DNA of 64,000 nt from an uncultured Candidatus Micrarchaeota archaeon (GCA_963800555.1 CAWDBH010000006.1:5851-69850); one strand, 5' to 3'. Shown: positions 40,843 to 49,959, counted from the stretch's first letter. Notes: a model not told the origin generated them from the letters alone. A program made the numbers and translations.

Positions 40843-41436
40843 TTATATCTCGTCCGATTCGAGTAGGTGGGTGATCGCAACCGCAATCCCTTTCGAGATC
40901 GCATGCTCTTTCCCGTGCGCTTCCTCCGCCCGGTCCCTTATTCTGATCATATACGCTAATCCGTCGCTTCTATCATGCGGGCCATGCAGATAAAGCGCTA
41001 TAGCAGCTTGCCTGGCTATAAGCATATCTGTTTCAGTCGAATCGGTTCCCGCAACTTCCGTTAAGATGAGATTTTCCAGACGTTCGACCATATTCAGCGG
41101 CTTTTCCACGTCCCGCGCCCTCGAGGTCGCGCATAGCGCTTTGAGCAGTTGGAGCTTCACTTCCTTGTCCTGCTCTTTCTCAACCGCTTCGAGAATGGGT
41201 GTGAACGACTTGCCTGACCTCAGTTTCTTAAGGCTCACCGCCCCGTCCAGCCTTTCTTTCCTATCATCCTGTGTTATCCGGAAGAGAGCATCCTGTATGT
41301 CGGCCTTTCCCTTCTCGGTGACGAGGAAAAGATTGCGATCCCGTTGCGCGTGCGCTATCTTTTGGGTATCTGTTTCGGGCAAGGCCTGCACGGGTATTGG
41401 CCCCGAGTGCTTCCCACCTCTGCCAGTGAACGTCAT
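40843..41436 (-). CDS. HEAT-repeat-like protein, paralog 4
   Basis: DALFRITQDDRKERLDGA, SFTPILEAVEKEQDKEVK..LLKAL. Confidence 0.75.
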   Translation of the reverse strand: MTFTGRGGKHSGPIPVQALPETDTQKIAHAQRDRNLFLVTEKGKADIQDALFRITQDDRKERLDGAVSLKKLRSGKSFTPILEAVEKEQDKEVKLQLLKALCATSRARDVEKPLNMVERLENLILTEVAGTDSTETDMLIARQAAIALYLHGPHDRSDGLAYMIRIRDRAEEAHGKEHAISKGIAVAITHLLESDEI

Positions 41437-41535
41437 AGTTATAATTCATGATGACAAAAGTATTAAAATATATGGTTTTTCTATATGTACTGTTATGGAT
41501 TCACAGATACCGCCTGCCGAGGCGTAAAAACCACA

Positions 41536-43011
41536 TCATGCAGTCTCGGGCCCGGTGCGGTCCGTCTTGACGCCATAATCCGCGGCTTCGGCCGCGAACC
41601 AGCTTCCGTACTTGTCACGCACCTTCTCCTCTATGGGCTTGTTCTCCTTTATCGCGATCTCGACATCCTTCTTCTCGATGAGGTCCTTCTTGGCCGTGGT
41701 CGCCATGTCCCCGGCCATCTTGATTATGCCGGTCAGGTTCCTGAGCCTGAGCGTCAAACCCTTCGCGTTGTCCACGCGGCGGGCGATGTCCCGCGCTTCG
41801 TCCAGCATAAGCATCACGGCTTTCCTGTCCGCATGCGGGATCTTCCCGTCCTTGATTATCTCCTGCGCGACGAATTGTACCAAGCTCTGCTGGTTAGGTG
41901 CGGTGTCATCCATGTATGCGTTCATGAGGACCTCGTATCCATCCCCGCGTATCCTGGAACGCAGGGGGGGCGTTATGTGCTTGATGTCGTTGATGTTGCA
42001 CGCGCCGACGAACAGGAAATCGCACGGCACTCCTTCCACCCTGACCGAAGCGCCGCTGCTCATCGGGTTCCTGCCGACTATGGTGAACACCTTGTCCTGC
42101 ATCGCCGTGAGTATATATCTCTGGAGATTGCCGAGGGTGGAAAGCTCGTCTATGAAGAGGACCCCTTCGTGGGCCTCATGGACCGCGCCCGGAACCACCC
42201 TCGAGTAAGTAAGTGTTCCGATGACGTTATGACCGCCGTAAGGGTCATGGCGTATATCCCCGAGCAGTTCGGTCTCGCTCCCTCCGCTGGCCTGGACGAA
42301 TGTGGTGCGGGTGAGCGAGGCGATTACCTTCCTCTTGGATTTCTTCGCCAGCTCCTTCGCCATCTCCTCCATCTTCTTGAGCTCCTCCTGGCGGAGGACT
42401 ATGATCTTGCCTTCGGCATTGCGTTCGTATATCAGGACCTCTTCCCTGCCCTCGGGGCTCCTGCGGGTCGTCGCGACCCTGACATGGTCCCCTTCAGGCG
42501 GCGGCACATTCATCTGGGGTGGCGCGTATCTGTCGAAAAGCCCGCCGCGTTGCACCTTGTCGGCTCCGCATTGAGGGCAGACCAGGTCCGTGAACGGGCT
42601 CATGGCGCCGCATCTGCGGCATCTGTACCCTAGCCGCTCAGCCACGAAACTAGGGGTATCCAGAGGAGAGACCTCCTTCCCGAATTGCCTCCCTTGCTTC
42701 TTCTCCTCTTTCTTGTCCCTCTCTATCTGCTCTTCATCCCGGACCACCACGATCGGGCGCTCGGGGTTATCAGTATTCTCCATGACGGATATCTCGTATT
42801 TCGGCTTGGGCAGGACGCTCGCTATGGCCTGGGCAATCATGCTTTTCCCGGTTCCTGGCGGGCCAACGAGGAGTAGATGCCTCCGCTGGTACGGCACCAT
42901 CTTGGCTATCTCGACCGCCTCCGGCTGGCCTATTATCCGCTCGAAGGGGTCTTTGGGTATGATTACGTCTTTGGTGGTTTCGAAGTCCAGAGCCATGATG
43001 TGATTATCCAT
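41536..43011 (-). CDS. LonB-related AAA+ ATPase lacking the protease domain, with a zinc-ribbon insertion
   Basis: FETTKDV.IP, GPPGTGKS, CRRC..CPQC, GAVHEAHEGVLFIDE, VPCDF, LRSRIRG.GYEV, LTLRLR; ends before any Ser-Lys protease domain. Confidence 0.88.
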   Translation of the reverse strand: MDNHIMALDFETTKDVIIPKDPFERIIGQPEAVEIAKMVPYQRRHLLLVGPPGTGKSMIAQAIASVLPKPKYEISVMENTDNPERPIVVVRDEEQIERDKKEEKKQGRQFGKEVSPLDTPSFVAERLGYRCRRCGAMSPFTDLVCPQCGADKVQRGGLFDRYAPPQMNVPPPEGDHVRVATTRRSPEGREEVLIYERNAEGKIIVLRQEELKKMEEMAKELAKKSKRKVIASLTRTTFVQASGGSETELLGDIRHDPYGGHNVIGTLTYSRVVPGAVHEAHEGVLFIDELSTLGNLQRYILTAMQDKVFTIVGRNPMSSGASVRVEGVPCDFLFVGACNINDIKHITPPLRSRIRGDGYEVLMNAYMDDTAPNQQSLVQFVAQEIIKDGKIPHADRKAVMLMLDEARDIARRVDNAKGLTLRLRNLTGIIKMAGDMATTAKKDLIEKKDVEIAIKENKPIEEKVRDKYGSWFAAEAADYGVKTDRTGPETA

Positions 43012-43099
43012 TCCCGTATATATAAAGGCTTGTTACGCTCGCCGAAGACGGGTTCTGGCTCGCGCTGGAAAAGCGGAAAAATAAAGGAGTGTTATCCCA

Positions 43100-43420
43100 G
43101 TGCCTTCTGATTTGAGAAGGGCATCCGGGAATCTCCTGTTCTCATGAGAATAATAGGCAAGGAGAACGGATAAAATTATTGGAGGGCGGGAGGTAGCCGT
43201 TCTCGCTTGCCGTCTAGTGTGACCACAGGTACCTAAAACGGAGATAAGCCCGGGACCCTGGTCGGAGTCAACGGGCATAATCATCCGTTTCTTTCTGTGG
43301 GAGGATAACAAGCCGTGGTTGCCCACGATTGCCGGACTAATGTCCGGCAAGTTGAGAACGGATCAAAATAATGTGAGAGAGGCGGGAGTGACCCGTCCTC
43401 AGCCTTGCCATCAGTGTAAA
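43100..43420 (-). ncRNA. Candidate tandem structured RNA element (two related hairpin units) upstream of the Lon-like gene
   Basis: Hairpins at 43156-43211 and 43346-43409 share stems and loop sequence; G-U pairs and a GCAA tetraloop favour the minus strand. Confidence 0.5.
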
Positions 43421-43471
43421 AGAAACCCGGTTCCATTCGAACCTCCGAGTTCCTTTGGTTTTCTTTCAATC

Positions 43472-43909
43472 TCATAACGGGAAGAAATACATCTTCCTTC
43501 CCACCTGCCTTTTCTGCAGGACTCCTATGTCGCAGAGGCGGTTGAGCCTCGCGGATGCAGCGTTCTTTCCTTTGTAATTGAATCTGGAGCGTACCTCTTC
43601 CGCGGTCGCTTTCCGCGTCTCCTTTATGAAATCGACGATCTGCTCGTCGATCTGCGGCAGGAGGTCTTCCATGCTTGTCGGGGAGAGGGGGTTGCTTGGC
43701 GAGGATCTGGTCTCGATCGCTTCTAGTCTCTGTAGGATGTTCTTGAGGAGCCTGTTGGTGTTTTCCCTCTCCTCCATGAGCCTGAATACAAGCTCACCGA
43801 GGATGACCGGGTCCCTGAACTTCTGCATGTTGCTTTCAAGGTCGCTTCGGATCTCTTTGACGAACGCGCTGTCAATAGGTTTATATTGTTTGTCGTCGTT
43901 ATCGTCCAT
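43472..43909 (-). CDS. Coiled-coil plus C-terminal winged-helix DNA-binding protein
   Basis: ERENTNRLLKNILQRLE coil; ATAEEVR..F.YKGKNAASARLNRL...G.L.K..VGR wHTH; likely start MDDND. Confidence 0.75.
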   Translation of the reverse strand: MDDNDDKQYKPIDSAFVKEIRSDLESNMQKFRDPVILGELVFRLMEERENTNRLLKNILQRLEAIETRSSPSNPLSPTSMEDLLPQIDEQIVDFIKETRKATAEEVRSRFNYKGKNAASARLNRLCDIGVLQKRQVGRKMYFFPL

Positions 43910-44182
43910 CGGAATCACCGAAATGTTGCGACGAAATCGCGCAACTGTCATGACTCTATCATGACACATTTAATAAAGCTTTCGGTCATTCAGGCTTTGC
44001 ACAAAAATCTATTTTTGCACAACAATTCAAAAAAATTCTGTTTTTCACGTCAGAATCGGTGCTACAAGATTTTAGCGATGTTTTAAGATGTTAATCTGTG
44101 TTTTCACAGATATCCATAGTTTTCCGTGATTCCATCATGATTCCTGGAAAGGCTTTAATGCCCAAACAGCACTGGATGTAGC

Positions 44183-44503
44183 ATGGACCGCGAAATGAAG
44201 AAAACCCAAGAGGAGCAGCAGAGGATGCAGAAAGAGCTTTTCGAAGCCATCAACACTACGCTTGGCGGGAAGAAATTCTTCTGCAATATAGTCGTGCACC
44301 AGAGCGATGCGCCGACCAAGGCAGGCATCGTCCATAACAACAGCTTCAGCCAGCTGAGTAACCTTGATTTCAATTCCGATTCGTTCGACCTTGTCAAGAA
44401 CATGCTGCTGAACTACAAAGGGATGGTGGAGCAGAGCGTGTCATCCCTCCTCGGGATAATGCCACCGCCTCCGGCATCCGCGCCCACGAAGGAGTATCAG
44501 TAG
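44183..44503 (+). CDS. Hypothetical protein
   Basis: 106-aa ORF with typical codon usage, TTTAAT box upstream. Confidence 0.65.
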   Translation: MDREMKKTQEEQQRMQKELFEAINTTLGGKKFFCNIVVHQSDAPTKAGIVHNNSFSQLSNLDFNSDSFDLVKNMLLNYKGMVEQSVSSLLGIMPPPPASAPTKEYQ

Positions 44504-44547
44504 AAGTTATAAGGTTAGCCGACCAGTTCCAACCGACCGGTGACATC

Positions 44548-45096
44548 TTGAAACCCCTGACGCAGATCGCCACGAAGATACTAGCCGCGTTCCGGAAGCG
44601 GGATCAGCGCTCCTTGCGGAAACTCAACGACGAGGTGCTCAAGCTCGCGGGACTTGATCGCGACAAGGTCTGCTTCGAACTGGCCATCTACTCCTATGTG
44701 CTCTCCAAAGTAGTATCCAAGCCGCGCTACCTGGACAAGGAATACGAGCAATCCCTCAAGGGGATCGCGCAGGTCTTCCAGATGATTGTGGACAAGATGG
44801 AATCGCCCGACCAGGATGAGCTCATCTCGCTTTTCTCCGACCTAGAGAGCGCGCTGGCGCATCTCGAAGAGAAGGACCCGCGCTTCATAGTCGATCTCGT
44901 AACCAAAGGCAGGCTGAAGATGGCGGCCACGATCTACGCGCAGGGGATCGGCTTGGGAGTCGCTGCCGAGATGACCGGCCTCGACAAGCAGGAGATACTC
45001 GATTACGCCGGAGAGACGATGATGTTCGACCGGCTGAAAGAGGAGATGACTATAGAGGAGCGGCTCAAGAACGCGAGGAAATTCCTCTCAGGCTGA
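44548..45096 (+). CDS. Hypothetical helical protein with a possible C-terminal HTH
   Basis: IYAQGIGLGVAAEMTGL...EILDYAG; operon with the next genes. Confidence 0.7.
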   Translation: MKPLTQIATKILAAFRKRDQRSLRKLNDEVLKLAGLDRDKVCFELAIYSYVLSKVVSKPRYLDKEYEQSLKGIAQVFQMIVDKMESPDQDELISLFSDLESALAHLEEKDPRFIVDLVTKGRLKMAATIYAQGIGLGVAAEMTGLDKQEILDYAGETMMFDRLKEEMTIEERLKNARKFLSG

Positions 45097-45100
45097 TGAT

Positions 45101-45781
45101 ATGACGAAAGACATCCTCTGCGATTCCGGGGTCCTGATCTCATTGACCGCAGGCTGCCTCGACCGGATGATCTATTTCTTCTCCGAGACCCAGAAGGTCC
45201 GCTTCATAATCCCGCCATCCGTGGAATACGAGACGGTCACGAAACCGATGCAGGCGAACCTCCGCAAGCACCTCTTCTCTGCCATAAGGATAAAGGACAT
45301 GATAGAGGACGGCGTCGTCTCGGTCGTGGACGCGAAGCTAGAGCGCGAGACTAACAAGATCATGAGCTGCGCCAACAACCTCTTCTACATAAAAGGGAGC
45401 CCCATCCGGCTGATGCAGTACGGGGAATCAGAGATGCTCGCGCTGGGCGACGAGCTCGGGATAGACTACATACTAATCGACGAGAGGACGACCCGTCTCC
45501 TGATAGAGGCTCCGTTCCACCTCAAGCAGCACCTGGAGACAGAGTTCCAGACCAATGTTATGGTGAACAAGGGCAATTTCAAGGAGCTCGCGTCGCGCAT
45601 ATCCTGCTTCAAGGCTCTGCGCAGCAGCGAATTAGTGATGCTCGCGTACGAGAAGGGCTATTTCAAGAATTTCAACGGCCTCGAGAAGCAGGCGCTGGAA
45701 GCCGCGCTCTACAAGATGAAATACTCCGGATGCTCGATAAGCTTCGACGAGATACTCGACTACGTCACGCGGGTGGGATGA
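45101..45781 (+). CDS. PIN-like domain protein
   Basis: ILCDSGVLI, PPSVEYE, GESEMLAL, LIDER acidic pattern. Confidence 0.7.
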   Translation: MTKDILCDSGVLISLTAGCLDRMIYFFSETQKVRFIIPPSVEYETVTKPMQANLRKHLFSAIRIKDMIEDGVVSVVDAKLERETNKIMSCANNLFYIKGSPIRLMQYGESEMLALGDELGIDYILIDERTTRLLIEAPFHLKQHLETEFQTNVMVNKGNFKELASRISCFKALRSSELVMLAYEKGYFKNFNGLEKQALEAALYKMKYSGCSISFDEILDYVTRVG

Positions 45782-46468
45782 GTGCAGCAGTTCCTCGAAT
45801 CCCCGCAATCCGAGCGCGTCAGCATAGCTGTGGACAACCGGGAGGATCCGGAATTCGACAGGATGCTGCGCGGTTTCGGTGCGCATATCGAGCGCCGCAT
45901 GCTCGATGTCGGAGATTTCATCTGCTCGGCCCGCCTTGTCGTTGAGAGGAAGACGCGCAATGACTTCGAGAGCTCGATCGTGGACGGGAGACTGTTCTCA
46001 CAGTTGCCTAACATGATCGCGAACTACGGGCGGGCGGTCGTGATTGTCGAGGGCGTGACTGATGAAGGGAGGCTATCGCGCGCGGCGGTTTTGGGTGCGT
46101 ATGCGAGCATCATCGCTGATTACGGCGTATCGCTCATGTTCACGCGTGACATGGAAGGCACGGCGGAGTTGGTGTTCCACCTGGCAAGGCACGAACAGAT
46201 TGCGAACAAGCAGCCGATGAGGATATACGCGAAGAAGCGCACGTTCAATCCATCGCAGTCGTCCCGCGCCATAGTCGAGATGCTCCCTATGATCGGGCCC
46301 AAGCTCGCGAAATCGCTATTGGTGCACTTCGGCAGCATCGAGGCTCTGGCACATGCGTCCGAGCGCGATATCGCCGAAGCCGCGGGGGTCGGGAAGAAGC
46401 GCGCGAAATCGATAAAGCAGATCCTATCCTATCCATACAAGGAAGAAGACGACCAGTCGATGTACTAA
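45782..46468 (+). CDS. xpf: Short XPF/ERCC4 nuclease with HhH2
   Basis: VDNRE, GDF....VVERKT..DF..S..DGRL, LPMIGPKLA HhH. Confidence 0.9.
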   Translation: MQQFLESPQSERVSIAVDNREDPEFDRMLRGFGAHIERRMLDVGDFICSARLVVERKTRNDFESSIVDGRLFSQLPNMIANYGRAVVIVEGVTDEGRLSRAAVLGAYASIIADYGVSLMFTRDMEGTAELVFHLARHEQIANKQPMRIYAKKRTFNPSQSSRAIVEMLPMIGPKLAKSLLVHFGSIEALAHASERDIAEAAGVGKKRAKSIKQILSYPYKEEDDQSMY

Positions 46469-46499
46469 TTCTTATTCTTCACCCGCCCTATCGTAATCC

Positions 46500-46814
46500 A
46501 TGAAACTCATATACCTGCTTCCGATTCTGCTATTGGTCGTCGGCTGCCTTGGACTGAACTTGACGAAATTATCCGATATCAAAGCCGACCCGGGTAAATA
46601 TGCCGGAACGGATGTCACTGTCAAGGGGACGGTCGAGAAATCCGTCAAGATAGGCCAACTCTCGGCTTTCAGCCTGGATGATGGGGGCACGACGATGGGA
46701 GTGTCCAGCGAGATGCTTCCGCCTGTAGGGGATAACGTCACAGTCAGTGGGACCGTGGTGAAGGACAGCGTCTTCGGATATTACATCCTGGCCAAGGATG
46801 TTAAGATAGACTAG
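46500..46814 (+). CDS. Exported OB-fold protein / lipoprotein
   Basis: Signal LLVVGC; YAG.DVTVKGTV...PPVGDNVTVSGTV. Confidence 0.7.
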   Translation: MKLIYLLPILLLVVGCLGLNLTKLSDIKADPGKYAGTDVTVKGTVEKSVKIGQLSAFSLDDGGTTMGVSSEMLPPVGDNVTVSGTVVKDSVFGYYILAKDVKID

Positions 46815-46865
46815 TCAATCCGGGGGAAGCCCAACCATTTTATTCCTTGATTGTCTATATCCCGC

Positions 46866-47762
46866 ATGCGCATCCCATGCGGCTCCATCTCCATAGGCCT
46901 TGACAGCCCAGATGGCGATTTTTCTTTCTTATCGCATGCGCATTCCGATCATACTGGCGGGCTCAAGAGGAAGAGGTCCCTTCTTTCCAGCCAGGCCACG
47001 ATCGACCTCGCCGGGATAGGCGCGGAAGCGATCGGAGTCGATGGAGCGAAACTCATCGATGCGGGGCACATACTCGGCGCGAAGCAGCTCCAGGTGGATT
47101 CGGACGGCAGGCGCGTCGTATATACCGGAGACATCTCGCTCCGGCAGAACATCTTCGGCATGAAGGCCGAGATTCCTTCCTGCGATCATCTCATCATGGA
47201 AGCGACATATGGCGACCCGTCTTACGTTTTCCCTGCGCTCGAGGATGTATATTCACAGGTATCCGGATTCGTGAAAGAGAACAACAGCAGGAATATCATC
47301 ATAGGCGCGTACGAGCTCGGCAAATCGCAAGAGCTCGTGCGGCTGCTCAACGAGAGCGGGATAGCTCCGATAGTGACTGAAAAGACGGATGATTTCTGCA
47401 CCGTCTACGAGAAGCACGGTATCAAGCTGGACCGGCTCGTCGTCGGGAGCGAAGAGGCCGAAGAGGCGATGTCCCGCGCCTTCGCGGCCATCGTTCCTAT
47501 GTGGAAGGCGAAGAGGTATTTCGCGAAAAGATTGGCGGACGCGTTCGAGCGTCCGACCGTGTGCGCGGTCGCGACCGGGTGGGCTCTGCACTACCGCTTC
47601 AACACGGACGCCGCTTTCCCGCTCAGCGACCATGCGGATTTCAACGAGCTCGTGCATTACGTCGAGCAGAGCGGCGCGAAAAGCGTGGAATTCTTCTGCG
47701 GCGACGGAAAAAAGGTCATGGACGTGGCGCGTTCGAAAAGTGGAGCAATTTTAAATAGTTGA
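46866..47762 (+). CDS. Metallo-beta-lactamase/beta-CASP nuclease (SNM1-like)
   Basis: SHAHSDH, AGHILG, YTGD, EATYG, LGKSQEL, LSDHADF. Confidence 0.88.
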   Translation: MRIPCGSISIGLDSPDGDFSFLSHAHSDHTGGLKRKRSLLSSQATIDLAGIGAEAIGVDGAKLIDAGHILGAKQLQVDSDGRRVVYTGDISLRQNIFGMKAEIPSCDHLIMEATYGDPSYVFPALEDVYSQVSGFVKENNSRNIIIGAYELGKSQELVRLLNESGIAPIVTEKTDDFCTVYEKHGIKLDRLVVGSEEAEEAMSRAFAAIVPMWKAKRYFAKRLADAFERPTVCAVATGWALHYRFNTDAAFPLSDHADFNELVHYVEQSGAKSVEFFCGDGKKVMDVARSKSGAILNS

Positions 47763-47821
47763 CCACTTCATTATCTTCAGACTTGCTAGGCACAGCTAAC
47801 AAGCGAGTTTTAGGATCATGT

Positions 47822-47893
47822 GGCCATGATGGCGTAATGGTAGCGTGAGAGGCTGTGGCCCTCTAGGCCCGTGTTCGATTCACGGTCATGGCC
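47822..47893 (+). tRNA. tRNA-His(GUG) with encoded G-1
   Basis: GCCATGA/TCATGGC acceptor, AGAGG-CTGTGGC-CCTCT anticodon arm, CCGTG-TTCGATT-CACGG T arm, C discriminator, followed by a T tract. Confidence 0.95.
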
Positions 47894-48040
47894 CTTTTTT
47901 AATACTTGCTGCAACATGTTGCAGGTCTTTCTTAAGTGGTTCCCGTTTTCGGTTATCTGTTTCAAGAGATGATTATCGCAAAGATCGCAAAATCGGCTTG
48001 TTTTTGCGTTTTTCTTCCCCATTTGGTTCCTAGTCTTGTT

Positions 48041-48991
48041 TCAGCTTGCTTTCTTCATCTTTTTGTAATCGTCAATCATCTGTTTAATCAGAAATTCGAC
48101 AAACGGCCTGAAATCGCCGAAATGGGCCTTCTCCTGAGTGTCGAAGTATTCATCCCGCTTGTCATAGGGGATATCAACAAACGGATACCCATTAGCTTGG
48201 AGGATAAAGTTCATCAAAAGGCGGGCCATCCTTCCATTCCCGTCAGCGAATGGGTGTATCGTGACCAGTCTGGCATGGAACTTAGCCGCGAGCTCCAACG
48301 GGTGCACACTGCCTTCATTGGCGGAGTACCACTTCAATAGCTGTGCCATGAGATTCGGCACCGTCTTCCAGTTGGGGAACTCATATTTACTGGTCCTGAT
48401 GAATACATTGACGTTCCTCCATGCCCCTCCATGCTCTTCATACCCTGGAATGGCCTTGAGCAGCATCAAGTGCAGCCTAAGGACCATTTTTTCATCGATA
48501 TCCGCCTTCGTTTCCAGATATCTGTCGTATAGCGCAAGGCAATCCTTCATGTTCAGGACTTCGAGCTCGTCCCTGCCAGCTTCATAAGTCTTGCGCAGTT
48601 TCAGTATCTTTTTCGTCTGATCAAGCGTGATCCTGCTTCCTTCTATGGCGTTTGTGTTGGTGATGAACTGAGCTCGCTGCGTTTCCAGCCACCCGGCGCG
48701 GCTGGCTCTGCCCATCCCCTCAAGAAGACGCGCATGGGCATTCTTTATCCGCTCCAGCCTGAGCGCTGTATCCTTGTCTATGAACTCCGTATCCGGCCTG
48801 ATGATTTCCTTCAGGATGTAAGCAGATACCTTCTGATCCAGCTTATTGCGCAGCGTTTTTGCTTGTTTTGAAGTAGGTTTTTTGGAGCCGACGTAGAGGT
48901 AAATCTTTTTCCATTTGTTCTCTCCGATGCGGATGGTTTTCTCCAAGTAGAAGTATGGTTTGCCCTTCACTTTCCGTTGCGTTATCTCCAT
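48041..48991 (-). CDS. Fic family protein with N-terminal basic beta domain
   Basis: HPFADGNGRMAR; TNAIEG autoinhibitory motif. Confidence 0.93.
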   Translation of the reverse strand: MEITQRKVKGKPYFYLEKTIRIGENKWKKIYLYVGSKKPTSKQAKTLRNKLDQKVSAYILKEIIRPDTEFIDKDTALRLERIKNAHARLLEGMGRASRAGWLETQRAQFITNTNAIEGSRITLDQTKKILKLRKTYEAGRDELEVLNMKDCLALYDRYLETKADIDEKMVLRLHLMLLKAIPGYEEHGGAWRNVNVFIRTSKYEFPNWKTVPNLMAQLLKWYSANEGSVHPLELAAKFHARLVTIHPFADGNGRMARLLMNFILQANGYPFVDIPYDKRDEYFDTQEKAHFGDFRPFVEFLIKQMIDDYKKMKKAS

Positions 48992-48993
48992 GG

Positions 48994-49142
48994 GGTTATA
49001 ACCACGCTAATATTTATAAAATGTGGTTATAACTTTGTAACCACCCAATATCATAGAATTTGTGGTCATAACTATTTATGGCCCGCTGATTTCTATTAAT
49101 CCAAGAAAATAATGTGGCTACAAGAATTCAAATCGTAGTCAC
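48994..49142. promoter_or_regulatory. Cluster of GTGG(T/C)(T/C)A(T/C)A motifs around the fic TATA box
   Basis: GGTTATAACCAC 48994, GTGGTTATAAC 49023, GTAACCAC 49037, GTGGTCATAAC 49062, GTGGCTACA 49114, GTAGTCAC 49135. Confidence 0.6.
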
Positions 49143-49176
49143 ATGTGACCCGGGTTATCTCCAGGTTTCAAGATTA

Positions 49177-49959
49177 TTATCTTAAGCGCCAAGATTGTTT
49201 GGCGTGCCTTTTCGTCTTCAGCGCTATCGCGGTCATCTCTAATCTATCAGTATCCAGTATCGCGATCCCATTCGCGAATGTGCCATTTGCGACACACGGG
49301 CAGGATATCCAGTCATTGCAGGTGATTTTTGCACTGACCCCAAATCTGATATTTCTGACCTTTTTATTGTCGAAAATCCGTAATCCTTCGACATGGTCAT
49401 GGCCGGATATGCCGAATCCGCATCTGTTTTTCATCTGGAATCCGATTTGCGGCATCGCGCCTTTCGGGTCGATGATGTCCTGGTCACGGCAGCCGGTAAT
49501 GTCCGGGTAGGCGTAATGTGAGATAAGGACTGGTATTCCGTCAAATCTTTCCACAGTGTATTCAGGAAGCCCTCTCAAAAACCGGACGTCTTCCTTGCTG
49601 ACCACTGCCGGAAGGTCATTCTCATAAGAATAGACACCCAGCTTCTTAGCCAATGCCGCCCGTCTGAGAGGTTCCATTCTATAGTAATCCATTGGATAAT
49701 GGATTCCGCCAACATGCGCGGGCAGCTTCCCGATCGCAGCCAAGTCGTGATTCCCAGCCACTGCGATATCGCAATGCTCTTTCACCAGCTGAACGCATCC
49801 ATGCGCGTCCCTGCTTTTGAGAAAACCGAAAAAAGGGACGCTATATCCGATGATATCTCCAAGGCAGACTATCTTGTCGCAACAGGATTCAAGGATCCCG
49901 ATGGCCTGTTTCAATCGAATCTCATCCTCATGGATGTCCGAGATGAATCCGATTTTCAT
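49177..49959 (-). CDS. Calcineurin-like metallophosphoesterase
   Basis: ISDIH, LGDIIGY, GNHD, GHDH. Confidence 0.9.
   Translation of the reverse strand: MKIGFISDIHEDEIRLKQAIGILESCCDKIVCLGDIIGYSVPFFGFLKSRDAHGCVQLVKEHCDIAVAGNHDLAAIGKLPAHVGGIHYPMDYYRMEPLRRAALAKKLGVYSYENDLPAVVSKEDVRFLRGLPEYTVERFDGIPVLISHYAYPDITGCRDQDIIDPKGAMPQIGFQMKNRCGFGISGHDHVEGLRIFDNKKVRNIRFGVSAKITCNDWISCPCVANGTFANGIAILDTDRLEMTAIALKTKRHAKQSWRLR

Noticed and set aside
43156-43409. CRISPR array or Y RNA
   Set aside because: Only two diverged units 190 nt apart and no cas genes; the stem lacks the GGUCCGA/UUGAC Ro-binding sequence
43020-43470. RNase P RNA or SRP RNA
   Set aside because: CCCGGGCUUAU and ACAGAAA resemble RNase P pieces, but no GAGGAAAGUCC-type P4 partner is present; no SRP helix-8 motif was seen
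43033-43475. ORFs 43033-43350 and 43281-43475
   Set aside because: No protein-like features; they overlap the structured element
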